Part shown: piece after piece, positions 46,663 to 49,885 of the stretch
Layout of the letters: every line of letters starts with the position of its first letter
How positions within the stretch are numbered: the stretch's first letter is position 1
Assembly: GCA_035300645.1 (NCBI GenBank)
Contig: DATGVF010000027.1
Span: forward strand, 1-49,885
DNA: 49,885 nt
Origin: a bacterium
Lineage (GTDB): Bacteria > Sysuimicrobiota > Sysuimicrobiia > Sysuimicrobiales > Kaftiobacteriaceae
Reading direction: 5' to 3'
Position numbers and translations under genes: made by a program
Notes under the pieces: model-generated
Told to the model about the DNA's origin: nothing
Databases searched by the model: none
Seen by the model: the letters and a program-made list of their open reading frames with translations, nothing else

Positions 46663-47532
46663 GTGAGCCCTCCTGCGGGGAGGCGCGCACCTGAAGAGTT
46701 GGGCGGGACAATCGAATCTGCGAACGTGGACCCGCTCCTCGACGTCAAAGCTGTGTCCATCGTCTTCGGGGGCGTGGCTGCGCTGGCCGATGTGAGCGTT
46801 CAAGTTCCCCGCGGTGCGCTGATCTCGCTCATCGGTCCTAACGGCGCGGGCAAAACCACCCTGTTCAACTGCATCACGGGAGTGTACCGGCCCGACCGTG
46901 GGTCCATCCGATTCGCTGGTGTGGACCTCATCGGCCAATCCCCCGATCGCATCGCCTGGCGGGGGATCACCCGGACCTTCCAAAACATCGAACTGTTCAC
47001 GCGCATGACGGTGCTCGAGAATCTGTTGCTCGGTCGCCACCGGCACTTCCACACCGGCCTATTCCGCGCTGCCTTAGCCACCCCGGCCTGGTGGCAGGAG
47101 GAAGTCGCCCATCGCGCCCACATCGAGCAGATCATCGACTTTCTTGAGTTGCAGGCGATCCGTGACCGTCGGGTCGGAGATCTGCCATTGGGCCGGCAAC
47201 GGCTAGTGGAACTGGGCCGCGCGCTCGCGACTGACCCGCAGCTGGTCCTGCTGGATGAGCCGTCCTCAGGGATGACCGCCGAAGAGAAAGATGATCTGGT
47301 GTTCCGCATCAAAGATCTCCGCGAGGAGATGGGGATTACCGTCGTGGTGGTCGAGCACGATCTCAAACTCGTGATGGGGATCTCCGATTGGATCGCCGTC
47401 CTCGACCACGGGGTCAAGATCGCGCAGGGCACGCCAGAGCAGATTCAGAGGCATCCTGAGGTCATTCGCGCGTACCTGGGCACCAAAGACACGACCGCCC
47501 CGCCGGCGCGAGGCACGAGGGAGTCGTCATGA
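46663..47532 (+). CDS. livG: Branched-chain amino acid ABC transporter ATP-binding protein, LivG-type, up to 289 aa
   Basis: Walker A GPNGAGKTTLFNCITG, a LivG-specific insertion, and Walker B LVLLDEPSSGM. The start is uncertain (GTG 46663 or GTG 46726). Confidence 0.85.
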   Translation: MSPPAGRRAPEELGGTIESANVDPLLDVKAVSIVFGGVAALADVSVQVPRGALISLIGPNGAGKTTLFNCITGVYRPDRGSIRFAGVDLIGQSPDRIAWRGITRTFQNIELFTRMTVLENLLLGRHRHFHTGLFRAALATPAWWQEEVAHRAHIEQIIDFLELQAIRDRRVGDLPLGRQRLVELGRALATDPQLVLLDEPSSGMTAEEKDDLVFRIKDLREEMGITVVVVEHDLKLVMGISDWIAVLDHGVKIAQGTPEQIQRHPEVIRAYLGTKDTTAPPARGTRESS

Positions 47533-48308
47533 GCGCACCACTCTTGACGGCCGTTAATGTCGAGACCGCGTATTACGGACGGCTGACAGTGCTGCGCGGT
47601 GTGTCGTTGACCGTGCTTCCTGGACAGATCGTGGCGATCCTCGGCGGCAACGGCGCGGGCAAAACCACGCTGCTGCGCACGATCAGCGGCCTCATCTCCG
47701 GCCAGCCAGAGAAAGGGACAATCGAGTTTGCGGGACGGCGCCTGAATGGGCTCGAGCCGGAGGACATTGCCCGATTGGGTATCGCCCATGTGCTGGAAGG
47801 CCGGGGGATTTTCCCGGAACTGACCGTCGAAGAGAACCTCCAGTTGGGCGCCTACACCCGCCCCCATGGCGTGCAGCCGGAGGACCTGAAGCGTGTGGCG
47901 GCGCTGTTTCCCGTGCTGCCGACGCGACGCCAGCAACTCGCGGGAACGCTATCGGGTGGCGAGCAACAGATGCTAGCCATCGTCCGCGCGTTGCTGATGC
48001 GTCCGACTCTGCTGATGCTCGACGAACCGTCGCTGGGACTGGCCCCCTTGCTCGTGGACGATATCTTTCAGACGATCGCCGCGGTGAACGCTTCAGGCGT
48101 GGCGATTCTCTTGGTCGAGCAAAATGCTCGGATGGCATTGTCCATCGCCCACTATGGGTACGTGCTGGAGAGCGGACGGATGGTCTTAGAGGGAACTGCA
48201 GAAGATCTGGCCGCTAACCCCAACGTGCAGGAGCTCTATCTGGGCGTGGGCCGCGAACCGTCTGTCAAAGGCTATCAACGATACAAGTCGCGCCGACGGT
48301 GGGCCTAA
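47529..48308 (+). CDS. livF: Branched-chain amino acid ABC transporter ATP-binding protein, LivF-type, 259 aa
   Basis: Walker A GGNGAGKTTLLRTISG, signature LSGGEQQML, Walker B LLMLDEPSLGLAP. The start overlaps the livG stop (ATGA). Confidence 0.9.
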   Translation: MSAPLLTAVNVETAYYGRLTVLRGVSLTVLPGQIVAILGGNGAGKTTLLRTISGLISGQPEKGTIEFAGRRLNGLEPEDIARLGIAHVLEGRGIFPELTVEENLQLGAYTRPHGVQPEDLKRVAALFPVLPTRRQQLAGTLSGGEQQMLAIVRALLMRPTLLMLDEPSLGLAPLLVDDIFQTIAAVNASGVAILLVEQNARMALSIAHYGYVLESGRMVLEGTAEDLAANPNVQELYLGVGREPSVKGYQRYKSRRRWA

Positions 48309-48367
48309 ACGCTCAGAGACGTTCCGGACCTCCGCCGACATTCTCGCGGCGGATGCGGCGCGCTTCG

Positions 48368-49885
48368 CTACGCCTCCGCATAGAGCTGTGTCACGACGTC
48401 GCCGAATTTCTCCATGATGGCCTTGCGCTTGACCTTCATGGTCGGCGTGACCTCGCCGTCTTCGGGGTACAGCCGTTTGGGCAGCAACGCGAACTTCTTG
48501 ACCTGCTCAGGGGACGACAGCGTGCGGTTCACCGCATCGACCTCGGCGGCAATTAGACGCCGGACCGCAGGGCTGGTTGTTAGTTCCGCAAAAGTCGAAA
48601 AAGGCACCCGCGTGTCCTGCGCCCATTTCGCCGCGTACTCCTCATCGAGAACGATCAAGGCGACCAGGTACTTGCGCCCATCCCCAATGACGATGGCATC
48701 GTTGATGTACGGGCTGAACTTCAACTTGTTTTCAATGTACTGCGGGGCGATGTTTTTCCCATAGGCATTGATGAAGATGTCCTTCTTGCGGTCGGTGAGG
48801 ACGAGGTTGCCGTCCTCATCGACTCGTCCTACATCTCCGGTGTGTAACCAGCCGTCGACGAGCGTCCGGGCGCTAAGGTCGGGATCTTTGAAATATCCCG
48901 TGAAGATGTTCCCCCCGCGCAGTAATATCTCGCCGTCATCGGCGAAGGCAAGCTCGACCCCGGGGACTGGCTTGCCCTGTGTCCCCAGCCGTACATCTCC
49001 AAAAGGATGCACCGTGGCCACAGCGGTCGACTCCGTCTGCGCGTAGATTTCGCGCATCTGCAGCCCCAGGCTCCAGAAAAACCACAGGATGTCCGGGGCC
49101 ACCGGAGCCGCTGAGCACAAGGCGATCCGCACCCGGTCCAGCCCCAACCGGTGCCGCAACGGGAGCAACACGGTGCGGCGGGCGAGCGCATAGGCCGCCT
49201 GCAACCAGACAGGCACCCGCCGGTGAGCGAGGACTGCCTGGGCGTACCGGCGACCGACCCACAGGGAGGCAGTAAAAGCCACTCGCTTGGGCCAGTCCGC
49301 CTCGCGAACGCGCAGGACGACCCCTGCGTACAGCTTTTCCCAGATCCGCGGCACCGCGAAGAAGATGGTCGGACGCACTTCCCGCAGATTCACCGGGACG
49401 GCCTCCAAGCTCTCGGCAAAGTTCACCGTGTACCCAGCGTAGATGGCGCTGAACATCGACAGCGACCGTTCCGCGATGTGCGCTAGCGGCAAGTACGAGA
49501 GGAGCTCGTCGTCCGGCCGACCGGGAAAGACGTAATGCAGGTTCGCCTCCTGCGCGCAGATCAGATTCCTGTGGGTCAGCATGGCGCCCTTCGGTGGTCC
49601 GGTCGTCCCTGAGGTGTACAGCAGCAGCGCCACATCATCGGGCCGGATCGCCCCCAGCCGCTCGTCGACCGCCTGGGGGTGGACCTGTTCATGCGCGCGG
49701 CCGTGCGCTACGAATTCCCCGAACATCACAACCATCGGGTCGCTGAACGATCGCAACCCTTTCGGGTCCATGACCACGATCTGGCGGAGGTGCGGCAACT
49801 CGGGGCGAACTTCCAACACCTTGTCGAGCTGCTCTTCGCCCTCGACGATGACGATCTGCGCCTCGGAGTGGTGCAGGAGGTAGCG
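48368..49885 (-). CDS. Long-chain acyl-CoA synthetase (AMP-forming), 3' 505 codons; 5' end lies beyond the right edge
   Basis: LLYTSGTTGPPKGAMLTHRNL and GWLHTGDVGRVDEDGNLVLTDRKKDIFI motifs. The reading frame stays open to position 49885 (RYLLHHSEAQIVIVEGEEQLDKVLEVRPE...), so the track start at 49819 is internal. Confidence 0.85.
   Translation of the reverse strand, partial: RYLLHHSEAQIVIVEGEEQLDKVLEVRPELPHLRQIVVMDPKGLRSFSDPMVVMFGEFVAHGRAHEQVHPQAVDERLGAIRPDDVALLLYTSGTTGPPKGAMLTHRNLICAQEANLHYVFPGRPDDELLSYLPLAHIAERSLSMFSAIYAGYTVNFAESLEAVPVNLREVRPTIFFAVPRIWEKLYAGVVLRVREADWPKRVAFTASLWVGRRYAQAVLAHRRVPVWLQAAYALARRTVLLPLRHRLGLDRVRIALCSAAPVAPDILWFFWSLGLQMREIYAQTESTAVATVHPFGDVRLGTQGKPVPGVELAFADDGEILLRGGNIFTGYFKDPDLSARTLVDGWLHTGDVGRVDEDGNLVLTDRKKDIFINAYGKNIAPQYIENKLKFSPYINDAIVIGDGRKYLVALIVLDEEYAAKWAQDTRVPFSTFAELTTSPAVRRLIAAEVDAVNRTLSSPEQVKKFALLPKRLYPEDGEVTPTMKVKRKAIMEKFGDVVTQLYAEA

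Noticed and set aside
45773-46711. 312-aa minus-strand ORF
   Set aside because: It is antisense to the Liv-type SBP gene, is a shadow frame, and has no motifs.

Overview
This is a densely coding, high-GC bacterial chromosomal segment. Hand counts of short stretches give about 70% GC in housekeeping genes; I did not compute it window-wide. It holds about 50 protein genes and one tRNA-Glu(CUC). I found no rRNA, no CRISPR array, and no recognisable transposase, integrase, phage, restriction or toxin-antitoxin genes. Left to right: (1) a five-gene peptide-type (Opp/Dpp family) ABC importer on the minus strand, running off the left edge; (2) a Bacillota/Clostridia-style housekeeping block: mfd, membrane-anchored parvulin PPIase, yabO-like S4 protein, enolase, FtsB/DivIC, yabR-like S1 protein; (3) a poorly characterised minus-strand cluster (orphan pxpA, a QW-repeat alpha/alpha-toroid protein, two small unknown proteins) plus a divergent thioredoxin-like gene; (4) a decayed 3' fragment of a histidine kinase gene, then a lower-GC islet abutting the tRNA, encoding a small secreted protein and a membrane-anchored protein built from eight exact 23-residue repeats; (5) EamA and MFS transporters, murT-gatD (lipid II amidation) and a DUF151 nuclease-family gene; (6) prkA-yhbH-spoVR with a long structured leader; (7) DUF805 and CDF membrane proteins; (8) a fadN-fadA-fadE-fadD beta-oxidation operon and korAB 2-oxoacid:ferredoxin oxidoreductase; (9) an ECF sigma / putative anti-sigma / LTXXQ (Spy/CpxP-like) triad; (10) oxalate decarboxylase, a livM-livH-SBP-livG-livF amino-acid ABC importer, and a second acyl-CoA synthetase running off the right edge. 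Most of the window is ordinary core metabolism and housekeeping. I do not see a convincing, self-contained novel multi-gene system such as a defence island. The three observations most worth follow-up are the terminator-containing leader in front of prkA, the 23-residue-repeat surface protein in the tRNA-adjacent lower-GC islet, and the orphan pxpA/alpha-toroid cluster. Many long ORFs in the track are GC-rich antisense shadows and were discarded. Several track ORFs were trimmed to internal starts supported by Shine-Dalgarno sequences and neighbouring stop codons.
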